Of a stretch of DNA of 64,000 bases, positions 61,400-64,000 are shown piece by piece (the stretch's first letter is position 1; every line of letters begins with the position of its first letter). The stretch is from Balanoglossus misakiensis (Eukaryota > Animalia > Hemichordata): contig CM082596.2 of assembly GCA_040954595.2 (NCBI GenBank), positions 9,320,461-9,384,460 of the forward strand, read 5' to 3'. A program made the position numbers and the translations under genes. A model generated the notes under the pieces. That model was not told where the DNA came from. It ran no database searches and saw nothing but the letters and a program-made list of their open reading frames with translations.

Positions 61400-64000
61400 T
61401 GCTACACCCACACCCATAGTGGGTGTATGGTTTGGGTGCCACTTCTTCTTTCATACTCCTATGGCCCATGTGTGTCCTGACTTCAATATTGCAGAATCTT
61501 GTATTGGAAATGCAGCTTTATGAGGCATGGAGCCACCGGCCCAGCTGTAGTATTAGCAACCTTGTCCACTTAGCATTGGTTTGTATTTACATATTATAAC
61601 TGCTGTCTTGAAATCTAGCAGTATCACTTGAAGGAGGTTAGTAGCATTGTGCTGAGAACACTTGTTCAGTAACTCTTGGAGTCTATATAGTGAATTATTT
61701 TGCTCCTATAGTGGAATATTTCAGCAGATTTCCCACTCCAACATACAAAAAAGGGTATTTATCCCATCACTGATTTTACCGAATATGGAAGTGAATGGCT
61801 GACGATCTGTAACAGACATGCTCTATCACACTGCTGACTTCTGCACCGAGGCTTCTGGGATACAGCTATGTCACATATATACCCCTATTCATTGGAGGCA
61901 AGTGTCTAGCATGCCATTTGGGGATGCAGCAATCATGGATCACCACAGGGTCCCACCCTGGAGGACAGTTCAACTTGGCATTCAGCTCACAAGGCAGAAA
62001 TTATAGCAAATGGGTTTCCCATTGGCTGCCAATATGCCATGTCACTTTAATTTTTAGCAGTTGTCAGAATTCCTTCTTCCTTGCCGCCAATGGCATACTA
62101 TTCTTTCCACATTACGAAACTATCATTTTATAGGTTATCGGTATACATGTACATGTGCGTGTACATATGATATTATCGAGGTGCAGGCAGCACCTGTGGG
62201 GTATACGTCCACCTGTGATCACTAAGATACATCTTTCAGCTAGTATACAGCCTCTGATCATAGTGATCATCTTCCTTGTGTCTTTACTAATGAAACACAC
62301 CATTTACCGGTGTTGTCATTGATATCTCTAATATTGTCAACTCTGTCAAGTTGTGGGCAGCTTCATCTTTCTGAAACCTCTGGTCATCTGAACTTGATGA
62401 CAACTGTTTTACCTAAATCCGTAAGTTTCAATGGGATCTTATGGATATTGCTCAGGCCAAATCACTCAAGTGTAAAACAATTTCCATCAAAGACGTTACA
62501 CATTGGGGACAGGCCTTAAAATACAGTGAAATGTATGGTGACAATCACCTGACAACATTCGTGCCTCACTACAAGTCTTGATTTGCATCAGACCATTTTT
62601 TCTGCATGTCTGGCAGTCCAGTGTCGTGGGAATTAACCCCTGCACATAAAACTGAGCTTCATGCAGTTCTGTCTTTTACTATATCACCAGAAAGCACATA
62701 GCCTTATCCATTCAAGTAGTGTTAGTAGACAAGAACAGCCAATACCACATCAACCGACCAGGCACGAGCTCTGTTTAATTATTCTCTCAAATCCTTTTAT
62801 TACTCATGTACTCACTGGATCCTGTTCCCTCAGCCAATCCATTCGCAGTTTGCAATCTACATATGTATTAGTTTTCTTTTCTCTTTACTATTGTCTATGG
62901 TTCTTGGTATGTGTTGAGATGGTTTTAACAGCTGTGACTTATCTCTATTGGCGGAGGCCCGTCTGGCTGATTGGCATTTTCATGATACACACAGGATGGG
63001 TCAGGTCAGAACACTCTATTCCACAAAACTATTTGAGCTAGACCTTCAACTCATGCTTTCAACCCTATGCTATCTTATAGCAGGCTCCCAGATCCACTTG
63101 TTTCTCACCATGTGATGAATATTTGTCCAGCCATGAATCATTGCTCCTCAGGAATTATGAATAGTCAGGCCATTATAGCAAGAGTGCAGTGGAGAGTGCA
63201 TTGTACTTCACCAAGGCATATACTGGAGATCATGCCAGCTCAGATGGATGGTATATATCTCACCAGGAGACCAATTTGCTTTATGCAGTTTGTTAGGCTC
63301 AGATCTTTGTTCTTCTTAATCACGAAGCCCTCCTACTTTGGGACTACTGGATGCAGGATATTACTAAGTATGACACGGATGTCCACATCTACATGCAGTG
63401 TTTGTGTGGTGAGTACCTTAATTTGTACAGTACAGCAGTGGATCTTGGAGCACCTATGAGGAACATAAGCTCAATACCCTTTCACATGTTCTGCCTGTGA
63501 CATATCCTGGATGTGAAATATCAAGACAAAGTTACTAACACCACTGTCCTGAAGAGAGTTGGAATTTCTAGCATGTACCTGGTACAGTCTGCTGAAGCAG
63601 AGACACAATACACTGGCTTGGCAATGTGCTCATAGATGATGGGTGGATCCTAAAAGACCTCCTGTACGGCGCAAACTGACACTTAATGGCAAACAGACCT
63701 GACATTACACCACAGGGATGTTTGCAAAAGAGACACGAAGTCCCTGGATATCAACACAAACTCTTGGGAGTCTAAAAATTAGCCTCAGACCGAATGACCT
63801 GAAGACAAGTCTTGAAGTGGTTGGCAACGGCTCTCCAACTTTGAAGAGACACTTGCCAAAACGTGCGTAGTCAAGAGACAGAGAAGGAAGGCATCAAGCC
63901 AGGCAAACAGCTCCTCCTAAGCCTTCACCTGTTTAAAGTATCAGAGAGACAGTCATTCTCACATTGGATTGACTAGTCACACCTGATGCTGTTCCAGATC
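61400..64000 (+). mobile_element. Highly degenerate RTE-clade LINE
   Basis: Near 63470-63580 it translates to FHMFCL*HILDVKYQDKVTNTTVLKRVGISSM, followed by W.G..DG.ILKDLLYG and DVCKRD.KSL.I...SWE, typical of the RTE/BovB C-terminus. The 5' boundary is approximate. Confidence 0.7.

Noticed and set aside
61400-61580. HDV-like ribozyme at the 5' end of the RTE relic
   Set aside because: I could not build the nested double pseudoknot by eye; the sequence is too degenerate.

Overview
AT-rich eukaryotic genomic DNA with GT-AG introns; the transposon repertoire suggests a marine invertebrate (inference). Most ORF-track entries are spurious. The window is a nested collection of uncommon DNA transposons. 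It holds a multi-exon, very divergent P-element-like transposase with a Myb/SANT-like N-terminus, interrupted by an IS3EU-type element. It also holds two RecQ-helicase-bearing AcademH elements plus a 9-bp-TSD MITE, a degenerate ISL2EU (THAP-DDE transposase with a convergent SAP-SWIM-YqaJ exonuclease gene), a classical Academ relic with long TIRs, and a TTAA-flanked Kolobok carrying an apparently intact KolX/P2X7-ballast-like gene. Smaller elements include piggyBac-, Harbinger- and TA-specific MITEs, a Helentron-type HINE, three hairpin-ended Crypton-like elements, a Penelope 3' fragment with a minimal hammerhead ribozyme, an RTE LINE relic and several tandem arrays. Host coding content is limited to two disrupted SUEL/rhamnose-binding lectin exons and a predicted 5-exon, ~173-aa coiled-coil gene whose stop codon lies in the first unit of a 93-bp tandem array. 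All family assignments come from motif recognition by eye, not from database searches.
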